The notes beneath the pieces are model-generated. The model searched no databases, was not told the origin of the DNA, and saw nothing but the letters and a program-made list of their open reading frames with translations. A stretch of 37,596 bases of DNA from Syntrophomonadaceae bacterium (GTDB lineage Bacteria > Bacillota > Dethiobacteria > DTU022). Positions 7,653-16,861 of the stretch are shown one piece after another. Within the stretch, counting starts at the first letter, position 1. Each line of letters opens with the position of its first letter. The stretch is from contig PUKR01000172.1 of the NCBI GenBank assembly GCA_003552365.1, forward strand, positions 1 through 37,596, read 5' to 3'. A program made the translations under genes and the position numbers.

Positions 7653-7682
7653 CCTTATTTTCAGGCAGCTAAAACCATATTA

Positions 7683-8342
7683 TTATCCCGTGGGAACATA
7701 AAGGCCATGTTTCTTAATATATTGTTCCACCGGTTCAGGGGTTAAGTATTTAATTGTTTTGCCCAGCGCAACCCGTTCCCGGATAAAGGTTGAAGATACC
7801 GCCAGGGCAGGAATTTCCAGCAGGTGGACTTTATGCTTCATCCCCGGGCAGTGTTTATCCAGGGTTTCGCGAAATTTTTCCAGTGAATACCCGGGTCTGG
7901 AAACAGCTATAAAAGTACACAGCCGGAGCAGCTCCTCGTAATCCTTCCAGGTAAAAATATCCAATATAGCGTCTGCACCTGTAATAAAAAAAAGTTCCGG
8001 GATTTCCTTTTCGCCAAAGGAAAAATGCCTGACCGTATCAATTGTATAAGCGGGCCCCTCACTGTCCATCTCCACCGAAGAAACGTAAAAAGAAGGGTTC
8101 GACATAACCGCCAGAGTAGTCATCAGGTAACGGTGTTCAGGCAGAGTAACCTGCTCACCGTCTTTATGGGGTGGCATACCGGTAGGCACAAAAACAACGT
8201 AATTAAGATCAAACTGCTGCCTGGCCTCTTCAGCGGTCACTAAATGCCCCATATGAATCGGATCAAACGTTCCACCCATTAACCCAACACTCATACCGGC
8301 AGCATTATTATTGTTTCGATTAATAAAAAACACCTGTGACAA
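7683..8342 (-). CDS. nadD: nicotinate-nucleotide adenylyltransferase
   Basis: The sequence shows GLMGGTFDPIHMGHL (the HxGH nucleotidyltransferase motif) and a C-terminal SSTFIRERV. The track start is TTG 8342. GTG 8333 (9 nt after AAGGAG) or the ATG of MSVGLMGG are equally plausible. Confidence 0.9.
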   Translation of the reverse strand: MSQVFFINRNNNNAAGMSVGLMGGTFDPIHMGHLVTAEEARQQFDLNYVVFVPTGMPPHKDGEQVTLPEHRYLMTTLAVMSNPSFYVSSVEMDSEGPAYTIDTVRHFSFGEKEIPELFFITGADAILDIFTWKDYEELLRLCTFIAVSRPGYSLEKFRETLDKHCPGMKHKVHLLEIPALAVSSTFIRERVALGKTIKYLTPEPVEQYIKKHGLYVPTG

Positions 8343-8354
8343 CTCCTTTGAGAG

Positions 8355-9632
8355 TTACTCGTAGTAATCAAATTCTTCATCACCAATACGGACAGTATCG
8401 CCTTCCTTGATGCCCTTATTTTTTAGTTCCCGCTCCAGGCCAATTCGCCTGATAAAATTTTGAAACCTGTGCAGGGCCTCCTCACTTTCAAAATCTGTCC
8501 GGGCCGCCATCCTTTCTATTTCATCGCCTCTTACATAAAAAACATTATCATATTTTTCAACACTCAACGGTATTGTAGTTTCTCTTTCGCCGGTAACTTC
8601 GACTTCTTTTTCAAGCTCTTCTTTCTGCGATAATTCAGTAACCTGCGCATATATATTATGGATTAAATCTTGCACACCCTTACCGGTATAAGCAGAAATT
8701 CCAAACACGGGAATAAGGTCTCCTTCAGCTTCCTTTAGATGCTCTTTAAGTTGCGAAAATCTTTTTTCTGCCCCGGTTAAGTCAAGCTTATTGCCCACAA
8801 CAACCCGCGGATACTGGGCCAACCTTGAACTGTACATTGAAATTTCGTGTTTCAGCATATGGTAAGCTTCAACCGGGTCAGTTTCAGCATTCGGGTCCAG
8901 GTCTACCAGCAATAATAACACTAAAGTTCTCTCCACGTGCCGTAAAAACCGGTGGCCGAGCCCCACCCCCTGGTGAGCCCCTTCTATTAAACCCGGTAAA
9001 TCTGCAACAATAAAACTACCCTCATCTCCAACTTTGACCATACCCAAGTTGGGGGTAAGGGTAGTGAAAGGATATGACGCCACTTTAGGCTTTGCTGCCG
9101 TTATTCTACTTAACAGCGTCGATTTGCCGGCATTGGGGAAACCAACCAGGCCTACCTGGGCCATTAACTTCAATTCCAGTTTAATTTTCCGTTCTTCCCC
9201 GGGCAGCCCCTTTTCAGCCAACCGCGGAACCCGTCTCCTGGAGCTGGCAAAGCGAGCATTGCCTTTACCGCCCTGCCCACCGCCGGCAACCAGGGCTTTC
9301 TGGCCCGCTTCAGCAAGATCAGCTCGAACATTTCCTTCCTGGTCTCTAACTACTGTCCCTACCGGAACCGGTACCAGGAGATCACTACCATCTGCTCCAT
9401 GTTGATTCTTTCCTTTACCATGAGCACCGTTAGAGGCTTTCAAAGTATGGCGGTACCTGAGATCCAGGAAACTTTGTTTCGAAGGGTCCGCCCAGAGATA
9501 TACATCGCCGCCCTTGCCACCATCTCCACCATCGGGACCGCCCTTGGGCACATATTTTTCCCGGCGAAATGAAACAACACCATCGCCACCCCGGCCTCCG
9601 CGAACTAAAAGCTCTAACTCGTCTACGAACAT
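8355..9632 (-). CDS. obg: GTPase Obg/CgtA with C-terminal OCT domain
   Basis: The canonical N-terminus MFVDELELLVRGGRGGDG begins at the ATG at 9632, after GAGG. G1 is GFPNAGKST, G3 is DLPGLIEGA and G4 is NKLD. The 42-codon upstream extension in the track ORF overlaps a terminator hairpin and is not credited. Confidence 0.95.
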   Translation of the reverse strand: MFVDELELLVRGGRGGDGVVSFRREKYVPKGGPDGGDGGKGGDVYLWADPSKQSFLDLRYRHTLKASNGAHGKGKNQHGADGSDLLVPVPVGTVVRDQEGNVRADLAEAGQKALVAGGGQGGKGNARFASSRRRVPRLAEKGLPGEERKIKLELKLMAQVGLVGFPNAGKSTLLSRITAAKPKVASYPFTTLTPNLGMVKVGDEGSFIVADLPGLIEGAHQGVGLGHRFLRHVERTLVLLLLVDLDPNAETDPVEAYHMLKHEISMYSSRLAQYPRVVVGNKLDLTGAEKRFSQLKEHLKEAEGDLIPVFGISAYTGKGVQDLIHNIYAQVTELSQKEELEKEVEVTGERETTIPLSVEKYDNVFYVRGDEIERMAARTDFESEEALHRFQNFIRRIGLERELKNKGIKEGDTVRIGDEEFDYYE

Positions 9633-9681
9633 TAAACCTCGATCACCTACAGCGCTGCTGAATAAAAAAGGAGATTTTAAT

Positions 9682-9707
9682 AAATAAAACCCGGGCTTGG
9701 ACCCGGG
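9682..9707 (-). terminator. GC hairpin plus U run between rpmA and obg (terminator or attenuator)
   Basis: The minus strand reads CCCGGG(9707-9702) uccaag CCCGGG(9695-9690) followed by UUUUAUUUAUU. Confidence 0.5.
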
Positions 9708-9723
9708 CCTTACATACATACCT

Positions 9724-9996
9724 TTAGTTTGCTGCCGCGCCTTCGACGGGCAATACACTTACCTGCTTTTTAGCGCGATTTGTATGTTCAAATACTACCC
9801 GGCCATCGGCTTTAGCGAACAAGGTATCATCGCCGCCTTTGCCAACGTTAATGCCTGGATGAAAACGGGTTCCTCTCTGCCGGACTATGATGCTGCCTGC
9901 TTTAACTATTTGTCCACCATAACTTTTTACGCCCAGTCTTTTCGCATTACTGTCTCTTCCGTTGCGTGAACTACCTACACCCTTTTTATGGGCCAT
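9724..9996 (-). CDS. rpmA: 50S ribosomal protein L27
   Basis: The protein begins [24 protein letters not shown], which is the mature-type N-terminus with no propeptide. Confidence 0.97.
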   Translation of the reverse strand: MAHKKGVGSSRNGRDSNAKRLGVKSYGGQIVKAGSIIVRQRGTRFHPGINVGKGGDDTLFAKADGRVVFEHTNRAKKQVSVLPVEGAAAN

Positions 9997-10042
9997 TTAT
10001 GACACCTCTCTTTCATGCCCTTCGTTTATTAAGAATAAGCTA

Positions 10043-10354
10043 TTAAACACTGATATTTTCAATCAAAACTTCTGTATAGGGCTGCCTGTGCCCCTGCTTG
10101 CGGCTGTAATTTTTTTTCGGTTTGTACTTGTAAACCGTAATTTTACGACCGCGGCCATTAGCGACGACTTTTCCTTCTACACGGCAATTATCCAGGTACG
10201 GTTTTCCCACCCGGGCTTCATTGCCGTCGTTCAACATTAAAACTCTGTCAAAGTTAATCTTTTCTCCCTTTTCCGCAGGCAATTTTTCCACGCGGATCGT
10301 CCTGCCTTCTTCTGCGCGGTACTGCTTACCGCCGGTTTCAATAATTGCGTACAT
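10043..10354 (-). CDS. rplU: 50S ribosomal protein L21
   Basis: The canonical start [13 protein letters not shown] is at the ATG at 10354, 7 nt after AGGGGG. The 24-codon extension in the track ORF is not credited. Confidence 0.95.
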   Translation of the reverse strand: MYAIIETGGKQYRAEEGRTIRVEKLPAEKGEKINFDRVLMLNDGNEARVGKPYLDNCRVEGKVVANGRGRKITVYKYKPKKNYSRKQGHRQPYTEVLIENISV

Positions 10355-10447
10355 AAACAAACCCCCTGTAAAGGACTCGCCGAATATGGTAGCCCGACAA
10401 GAACTTTGTGAGGCTTTTAAAACCATCTTCGTGCGGTTGTCAGTCTA
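10355..10447 (-). promoter_or_regulatory. structured 5' UTR of rplU, possibly an L21-leader-type element
   Basis: About 90 nt separate the predicted promoter from rplU, with GACAA...UUGUC pairing potential. Firmicutes are known to carry an L21 leader here, but I cannot verify the fold by eye. Confidence 0.3.
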
Positions 10448-10453
10448 TTGCTG

Positions 10454-10482
10454 AGTTTAACACGCCTATCTGCCTTTGTCAA
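10454..10482 (-). promoter_or_regulatory. sigma-A type promoter for rplU-rpmA (TTGACA, 17 nt spacer, TAAACT)
   Basis: The minus strand reads TTGACA(10482-10477) aaggcagataggcgtgt TAAACT(10459-10454). Confidence 0.5.
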
Positions 10483-10595
10483 TTGAAACAACCGGACATT
10501 TGACGGCATCATAAAGGCCGGTTAATGATAGTAATCGCTGGGAAAAAGTTATTATATTTTGTCTGCCCGCCCATGCTGCCTTTCATTTCTTATTT

Positions 10596-12272
10596 TTACT
10601 TGACAACCGCCCGCGCGTATGTGCGGTTAACGTCTTTTATTTCCACCTTCACTTTTTGCCCCACTTTATCTCCCGCATCTTCAACGTTGATTACAAAGCC
10701 ATGTATCCGGGCGATGCCGTGGTTCGGATTTGTGGAATGCGGTTCTTCAATTTCAAGGTCGATAACCTCTCCCGCTTTAACCGGAAGGGCTAACTCCTGG
10801 ATTTCTTTTTTGCTGCCCCGGGCAACAATACGGTATTTTTCAATATGGACATCCTCAGCGCCGCGGATAAAAATTTTCCGGTTCAATTCATCTTCCAGCT
10901 TTTTAAGATTTCCTCCACCACTTCCGATAATGATTGAGGCAACTTCATGGTGCATTTCAACAAGTACCGCCTTACTGTTTTCATCCTGCAGCTGTTGCTT
11001 TAATTCACTTTCAATACGGGTGCTCACCACCAGGGGTGTAAGAACCCTTCCCGATCCGCTGCAATAAGGACAGGCCTGCTGCAGGTATTCGGATAAATCC
11101 TGGCGCACTTTCTTCCTGGTCATTTCCACCAGTCCCAGGTTGGTAAGGCCCAGGACATAGGTTTTAGTTCGATCATTCTTGATCGAATTGCTTAATTTAT
11201 CAATTACCATGCGACGGTGATCCTCAAGGCTCATATCAATGAAATCGACGATAATAATCCCGCCGATATCGCGCAGGCGAACCTGGCGGGCAATTTCCTC
11301 AGCGGCTTCCAGGTTGGTTTTTAAGATTGTATCCGCCAAATTTCGCCGCCCGATATAACGGCCGGTATTGACATCAACTACTGTCAAAGCCTCTGTTTCA
11401 TCAAAAACCAGGTAGCCCCCGCTTTTTAACCAAACCTGGCGGGAGAGGGCTTTTTCCAGCTCTTTTTCAACGCCGTAACGTTCAAATATGGGTTCGTCTT
11501 CCTTGTAATATTTAACCTTGGTTTTAAGATGGGGAGAGATATAATCGACTATTTCTTTTACTTTTTCGTATTCATGCTTATCATCGATTAAAAAACTGCT
11601 GAACTCTTCGACAAATAAATCCCGGGCTATGCGGCAGGTCAAGGAAAGATCCTGGTAGAGGATTGCCGGCGCTGTTCTTTGTTCAAAGCGAGTTAAAATC
11701 CGGTTCCACAGTTGAATTAAAAACTGCAAATCCTGTTCCATAACCCCGGCATCCACTCCTTCGGCTACAGTCCGGACGATTAAACCCAGGTTGTCGGGTT
11801 TTAGCCTTTCAACTTCCCGGCGCAACCTTTCTCTTTCGGTTTGACTTTCAATCCTCCTGGAAACACCGATATAATTTGCTCCGGGCACTAAAACCAGGTA
11901 TCGCCCGGGAATAGTGATTTGTCCTGTAACCCGTGCTCCTTTGCTGCCAAAAGGTTCTTTAATTACCTGGACCATTATTTCTTCGCCGGCTTTAAGCAGC
12001 TTATCAATCGAACCGGAAGCCTGTGGGGAATTCTCATCGTCCCAGTCAATATAAACGTCATCAACATATAAAAAAGCATTCTTATCCAGGCCAATATCGA
12101 TAAAAGCAGCCTGCATGCCCGGTAAAACATTGGCCACAACCCCCTTGTAGAGGTTGCCCACCACCCGGTGCTGCAGGGGCCTCTCTATGTCCATTTCCAC
12201 CAATTTTCCGCTCTCGAGCAGGGCTACCCGGGTAGCACGGTTATCGCAGTTAACTACTATCTTTTTATCCAT
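10596..12272 (-). CDS. rng: Rne/Rng-family ribonuclease (RNase G-like) with C-terminal TRAM-like domain
   Basis: The N-terminus has an S1-like domain (GNLYKGVVANVLPGMQAAFIDIG). The catalytic core shows GLIVRT, VVDVNTG and IIIVDFIDM. The C-terminus reads GIARIHGFVINVEDAGDKVGQKVKVEIKDVNRTYARA. The ATG at 12272 overlaps the upstream stop as TAATG. Confidence 0.9.
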   Translation of the reverse strand: MDKKIVVNCDNRATRVALLESGKLVEMDIERPLQHRVVGNLYKGVVANVLPGMQAAFIDIGLDKNAFLYVDDVYIDWDDENSPQASGSIDKLLKAGEEIMVQVIKEPFGSKGARVTGQITIPGRYLVLVPGANYIGVSRRIESQTERERLRREVERLKPDNLGLIVRTVAEGVDAGVMEQDLQFLIQLWNRILTRFEQRTAPAILYQDLSLTCRIARDLFVEEFSSFLIDDKHEYEKVKEIVDYISPHLKTKVKYYKEDEPIFERYGVEKELEKALSRQVWLKSGGYLVFDETEALTVVDVNTGRYIGRRNLADTILKTNLEAAEEIARQVRLRDIGGIIIVDFIDMSLEDHRRMVIDKLSNSIKNDRTKTYVLGLTNLGLVEMTRKKVRQDLSEYLQQACPYCSGSGRVLTPLVVSTRIESELKQQLQDENSKAVLVEMHHEVASIIIGSGGGNLKKLEDELNRKIFIRGAEDVHIEKYRIVARGSKKEIQELALPVKAGEVIDLEIEEPHSTNPNHGIARIHGFVINVEDAGDKVGQKVKVEIKDVNRTYARAVVK

Positions 12273-13000
12273 TAAATGCACATCCCTTCCGACAAAGGCT
12301 TCAGGGAGCCGTTGCAGTCCCGGTAAAGTCTTACCCGGTGTAAATTCCAGTTTACATGCGATGGACGTTTCTCGCCCAATTCAAAATCAAGCTGTTCAAG
12401 AACAAAAACCGGCGAGACTCCTCCCCGGCTGCCGGTCTGTAATAGTAACTTCAATACCACCTGATCTTCATGCTCATCACCATTAAAGTATGCTTCGTTT
12501 ATATAGGGGCGCACGTTTACATTTGTTTTCCTTTTGCCCTTCCTGGAAGAACGCGGCGCCAAAATTTCTTCTTTGTCAAGCAGGCGTTCCAGTGCAGACC
12601 GGTAAGCTTCAATATTTACTTCTAATTGTGGACTTACTGTTACCAGGCGGGCTTGATATAAAGCAGCGGAAACCAGTGAGGGTAATGCCGGTGCTTGCTT
12701 GTCCACGGCTTGCGCCCTTTTTATTTCCAACCCTTCCGGCAACTGCTTTTTTAACTTTAGAATAAACTCTTCAGGAGCTATCTCCTCTTTAAAAAAAACT
12801 TCACCCAGCTCATCATCGGCTGTTACATCAACCGGCAGGGGGGCGGCAAGGTTAAACCGCGGGTGAGGGGAGAACCCCTCACTATATGCCAGCGGCAGGC
12901 CACTTCGCCGCAGGGCCCGCTGGAATAGGCGCATCATATCCAGGTGAGATATATATTTTATCTGTTCCTTTCGGGCATAATTAAAGCAGATCCGGGTCAT
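12272..13000 (-). CDS. TIGR03936/DUF2344-type radical-SAM-associated protein
   Basis: The sequence reads KYISHLDMMRLFQRALRRSGLPLAYSEGFSPHPRFNLAAPLPV. The gene is the usual partner, or in other genomes the fused C-terminal domain, of the upstream radical SAM enzyme. It overlaps both neighbours. Confidence 0.8.
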   Translation of the reverse strand: MTRICFNYARKEQIKYISHLDMMRLFQRALRRSGLPLAYSEGFSPHPRFNLAAPLPVDVTADDELGEVFFKEEIAPEEFILKLKKQLPEGLEIKRAQAVDKQAPALPSLVSAALYQARLVTVSPQLEVNIEAYRSALERLLDKEEILAPRSSRKGKRKTNVNVRPYINEAYFNGDEHEDQVVLKLLLQTGSRGGVSPVFVLEQLDFELGEKRPSHVNWNLHRVRLYRDCNGSLKPLSEGMCI

Positions 13001-14780
13001 GGGTTACTCCTTCCGGCTTTTCACCGGCAAGCGATTTCTGGTGTTCAGCAATAAGCATATTTTTATCTACACCGCAGCTCAGGTGATCCCATGGCAAACA
13101 TTGATCGTAGGAAAAACGGCGATAGGCATAGTCTTCCCCTCTCACTGCAGTTTTTTGAAAAGCCCTCTGCCACAAGCTAAAGTCGAAATATTCCGACCAG
13201 CCATCAAAACGGCACCCCATCTGCCAGGCATGTTCAAGCGCCGGGGCCAGTTTACGATCGCCCCGGGCAAAAACCGCCTCTAAAAAGCTGGCCCTGGCAT
13301 CATGCCAGCTAAAATCAACCCCGCGTAATTTTTTAAACCCGGTGCGCAAAATATCCTGGCGCCTGTTGACTTCATCCATTGACAACTGCGGCTCCCATTG
13401 AAACGGGGTATGTGACTTGGGCACAAAAGTGGCCACACTTACATTTATACTGATCTTTCTTTTTGCCCTGCCCTTAAAGTATTCTCTTAATCTTCGGCAC
13501 AGGTTAACTATTTCCACTACATCTTCATCGTGCTCTGCAGGCAAGCCAATCATAAAATATAGTTTAAAACCCTGCCAGCCAGCATCAATTGCATCCCCTA
13601 AAGAAGTAAAGATTTCTTCTTCGGTAATATTCTTTTTAATTACTTTCCTTAACCTTTCGGTCGCAGCTTCCGGGGCAAAGGTCAAACTGCTTTTTCGGCC
13701 CTGGTGCAACTTATCGGCAAGCTTAATTGAATAAGAATCAAGGCGCAGGGATGGCAGGCTGCATTTAACCTTTCTAGCAGATAAATCAGAGTCCAAGTTG
13801 TTGATCAACTCTTCAAGGTGCGGGTAATCTGTGCTGCTCAAAGATACCAGTGATAGTTCTTCGTAACCGGTATTATCTATAATTTCTTTAGCGGTTTGCT
13901 GAAGTTTATCCCGGCTGCGACGCCTGACGGGCTTGAAAATATAACCGGCCTGGCAGAAGCGGCACCCCCTGCCGCAGCCACGAAACAGCTCGATAACCGC
14001 CCGATCATGTATGGTTTGGAGATAGGGAACCGGCGGGGCCTTGGGAAAGGGAGCCGTATCAAGGTTTTCAACCGTAACCTTCCTGATCATTTCCGGTGCC
14101 CGGTCATCCTTCCGCTCCATTCCAATAAATTCTTCTCCGGAATAGGCCGGGTTGTATAAAGAAGGCACATAGACCCCCTCAAAAGTTGACAACCGGGCAA
14201 TAATTTCATTGCGCTCATAACCATGTCTCTTTAAATCCATGTATCCGGTAAGGATTGCGGGGAGACATTCTTCTGCCTCACCAAGCACAAACAAGTCAAA
14301 AAAAGGAGCCAGGGGTTCAGGGTTAAAAGCACAGGGCCCTCCCCCCACAATCAAAGGGTGATCACCTTTGCGATCTTCGGTTCGCAGCGGGATATCAGCC
14401 AGGTCAAGCATGTTGAGCACATTAGTATAGCTTAGCTCATACTGGAGCGAAAACCCGATTATATCAAACTCTTTCAGCGGTTTATGGCTTTCCAGGCTAA
14501 AAAGGGGGAGATTGTATTTGCGCAGCAATTCTTCCATATCGGTTGCTGGGGAAAAAACCCGCTCCATTAACATTCCCGGGTTGCGGTTTATGCTTTCATA
14601 CAAAATTTTCAAGCCATGGTTCGACATGCCAACTTCGTAAAGATCGGGAAAAGCAAAAGCCATCCGCAAATCAACACTTGAGTGCTCTTTTTTAACAGCA
14701 TTCCACTCGTTGCCCGTGTAACGGGCCGGTTTCCATACTTGTCCCAGGAGATATTTTAATATATCTTTCTGTGTTTGCAT
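12981..14780 (-). CDS. TIGR03960-type B12-binding-domain radical SAM protein
   Basis: The CxxxCxxC motif is present in FRGCGRGCRFCQAGYIF, and the N-terminus VWKPARYTGNEWN is typical of the family. The protein is 599 aa. Confidence 0.85.
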   Translation of the reverse strand: MQTQKDILKYLLGQVWKPARYTGNEWNAVKKEHSSVDLRMAFAFPDLYEVGMSNHGLKILYESINRNPGMLMERVFSPATDMEELLRKYNLPLFSLESHKPLKEFDIIGFSLQYELSYTNVLNMLDLADIPLRTEDRKGDHPLIVGGGPCAFNPEPLAPFFDLFVLGEAEECLPAILTGYMDLKRHGYERNEIIARLSTFEGVYVPSLYNPAYSGEEFIGMERKDDRAPEMIRKVTVENLDTAPFPKAPPVPYLQTIHDRAVIELFRGCGRGCRFCQAGYIFKPVRRRSRDKLQQTAKEIIDNTGYEELSLVSLSSTDYPHLEELINNLDSDLSARKVKCSLPSLRLDSYSIKLADKLHQGRKSSLTFAPEAATERLRKVIKKNITEEEIFTSLGDAIDAGWQGFKLYFMIGLPAEHDEDVVEIVNLCRRLREYFKGRAKRKISINVSVATFVPKSHTPFQWEPQLSMDEVNRRQDILRTGFKKLRGVDFSWHDARASFLEAVFARGDRKLAPALEHAWQMGCRFDGWSEYFDFSLWQRAFQKTAVRGEDYAYRRFSYDQCLPWDHLSCGVDKNMLIAEHQKSLAGEKPEGVTHDPDLL

Positions 14781-14975
14781 TTTAACACATCACATTTCAA
14801 AGCTGGCCAGAAACAAAAACACGGCTTAATTATTTCCGGTCACCCGCTTAATTTCCACTCCATGGAATAAGGGACAAGGAACCTGTCCCCTTGCCCCAAT
14901 CAATCCTTATCCCTTTTCCTGTTCCTGCATTCAAAACCTATAATACCATATCATTCCTATTTTGATAAGAGCTAG

Positions 14976-15674
14976 CTAAAGCAGCCCTTTTTCCCTGAAG
15001 CTAAAGAAACAGCCATCGCCAATGATTATGTGATCACGCACTGCGATGCCCAGGATGTTCCCGGCATCTACCAGGCGCCTGGTTACCTCCAGGTCTTCCT
15101 GGCTGGGAGCCGGATCACCGCTGGGGTGATTATGGAACAAAATGATGGAAGCGGCACTTTTACGTAGCGGCAGGGTAAATATTTCTCTGGGATGCACGAT
15201 AGAAGCGCTTAAACTGCCGACAGATATCTCTTCCCTGGAAATTACATGGTTCTTGGTGTTGAGTAAAAGAATCTTAAAATATTCCTTCTTCTTATAGCGC
15301 AGTTCTTCCATGAACAGGTCCGCTGCCTGCCGGGGAGTGGTAATGCTGCTGTTTTCTTCCCGCGGGGTTGTCGCCAGGCGGCTGCCCATCTCTAAAGCCG
15401 CTTTAATCATTACAGCTTTATCCGGGCCAATCCCTTTGTTTTCCTGCAAATCTTCAAGCGACAGCTGGGGCAGATTCCGCAGACCGCCACCCCTGGAAAT
15501 AATTTTTGTAGCCAGCTGCACCGCGGATTCGTTTTTGTTGCCCGATCTAAGCAGAATAGCCAGTAGTTCTGCATTTGAAAGAGCATCCGCACCGAGCGCT
15601 TTTAATTTTTCCCGGGGCCGCTCCTCTAAAGGCAAATCCTTGATCATAATCGATTTATTATCCATATCCCTCAT
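14976..15674 (-). CDS. radC: RadC-family JAB/MPN domain protein (UPF0758)
   Basis: An N-terminal HhH region reads ERPREKL...LSNAELLAILLRSG. The JAMM motif is ILFHNHPSGDPAPSQEDLEVTRRL. The start forms an ATGA overlap with the maf stop. Confidence 0.9.
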   Translation of the reverse strand: MRDMDNKSIMIKDLPLEERPREKLKALGADALSNAELLAILLRSGNKNESAVQLATKIISRGGGLRNLPQLSLEDLQENKGIGPDKAVMIKAALEMGSRLATTPREENSSITTPRQAADLFMEELRYKKKEYFKILLLNTKNHVISREEISVGSLSASIVHPREIFTLPLRKSAASIILFHNHPSGDPAPSQEDLEVTRRLVDAGNILGIAVRDHIIIGDGCFFSFREKGLL

Positions 15675-16258
15675 CCTCTCTTGTTAAACCAGGCTGGAAT
15701 TTGCATCCGTGTAAAAAAATCAAAAAGCAGTCCCAGTGGAAGCCCGACCACGTTGAAGTAACATCCGTCAATTTTTTCCACGAATAAGGCAGCCCGGTCT
15801 TGAATCCCGTAGGCCCCGGCCTTGTCCATTGGTTCACCGGTGGCAATGTAGCTGTTTATCTGATCTTCTCTTAAGTGCTTCAGCCAGACATAAGTTTCAG
15901 AAAAACCATTTTCATAAAAGCCGGTTGCCGCATCAACAAGAGCCAATCCTGAAATTACCAGGTGCTTTGTACCGCTTAGCTGTCTTAACATCCGGCGGGC
16001 ATCCTTCTCATCAGCAGGTTTCCCCATTACCTCGGTACCGGAAAATACTGCCGTATCGGCTGAAAGAACATAGCCGCCTTCTACTTTTTCAGAAACTGAT
16101 AGCGCTTTATTTAAGGCCAGCCTGGCCACCATTTCGCTGGCAGGCACTCCTTTTTCCATACTCTCCTGGATAGTGGGTTCAATTATGGTAAAAGGAATCC
16201 CCACCTGGCAAAGCAGGTTGGCCCGTCGGGGTGAAGAAGAAGCCAAAATCAGCATCAT
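15671..16258 (-). CDS. maf: Maf-like nucleoside triphosphate pyrophosphatase (septum formation protein)
   Basis: Typical Maf motifs are present: LILASSSPRR...LL, SADTAV, and GKP...A...L...SG..H.V.SG. The C-terminus reads KAGAYGIQ. Confidence 0.9.
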   Translation of the reverse strand: MMLILASSSPRRANLLCQVGIPFTIIEPTIQESMEKGVPASEMVARLALNKALSVSEKVEGGYVLSADTAVFSGTEVMGKPADEKDARRMLRQLSGTKHLVISGLALVDAATGFYENGFSETYVWLKHLREDQINSYIATGEPMDKAGAYGIQDRAALFVEKIDGCYFNVVGLPLGLLFDFFTRMQIPAWFNKRG

Positions 16259-16818
16259 TGCACCCCCCCTGCATTTGTTTGTTTTATCATCCTGGAAGTA
16301 ACCCCTTCCAGGTAATTAGCGGCGAGGCCTGTGAAAATTCCGGTTGGGACAGAAAGGAGGATCAAAAAAGGAAAATAACCCATAAGCAGGTCAAAACTTG
16401 CTATAATCACACTGGCCATAGAAAGTTGGACCAGGTTGTGCACTGCGGCACCGACCACGCTCACTGAAAGCAGGCTGACCATGCCTTTATTGCGAAGCAC
16501 AAGAACCAGGGACATGGCCAGGGCACTGGCCGCCCCGGCGGTAATACTCAACCAGAACCCAAAACCGAAGAGGCCGCCAATAAAAATACTGCCCAGGATT
16601 GACCTGAGGACGGCCAGTAACAAACCGCTTCGCAACCCAAACAAAACCAGGGTCAGCAAGGTAATAATATTGGCCAGCCCAATCCTTACCCCCGGCACAG
16701 GCATCGGAAGAGGCATGGCCGCTTCCACGGTGTGGATTACCACCGCAAAAGTAACCAGCAGGGCCATGTAAATTAAATATCTTAAACGGCTTTGCATTTG
16801 CAAACCCGGTTTATCCAT
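16255..16818 (-). CDS. Gx transporter / heptaprenyl diphosphate synthase component I family membrane protein
   Basis: This 187 aa polytopic protein contains VEAAMPLPMPVPGVRIGLANIITL, characteristic of the Hpre_diP_synt_I family that often accompanies ApbE and Rnf genes. Its stop overlaps the maf start. Confidence 0.65.
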   Translation of the reverse strand: MDKPGLQMQSRLRYLIYMALLVTFAVVIHTVEAAMPLPMPVPGVRIGLANIITLLTLVLFGLRSGLLLAVLRSILGSIFIGGLFGFGFWLSITAGAASALAMSLVLVLRNKGMVSLLSVSVVGAAVHNLVQLSMASVIIASFDLLMGYFPFLILLSVPTGIFTGLAANYLEGVTSRMIKQTNAGGVQ

Positions 16819-16861
16819 CTTATTACCCCTCTACAATGCTCGAGCAAAAAGACCTTTAGAG

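Noticed and set aside
9633-9758. A 42-codon N-terminal extension of obg in the ORF track. A similar 24-codon extension of rplU lies at 10355-10426.
   Set aside because: Both proteins have their canonical N-termini (MFVDE..., [13 protein letters not shown]) at internal ATGs preceded by RBS-like sequences. The obg extension overlaps rpmA and runs through a GC hairpin with a U run, and the rplU extension lies in the predicted 5' UTR.
14781-14975. The 195 nt gap between radC and the radical SAM gene, examined for a riboswitch or small RNA.
   Set aside because: Only a 6 bp hairpin (GGGACA-aggaacc-TGTCCC at 14871-14889) and a weak TTATCA, 17 nt spacer, TATTAT promoter-like match are visible. No recognisable riboswitch core motif is present, so the evidence is insufficient.
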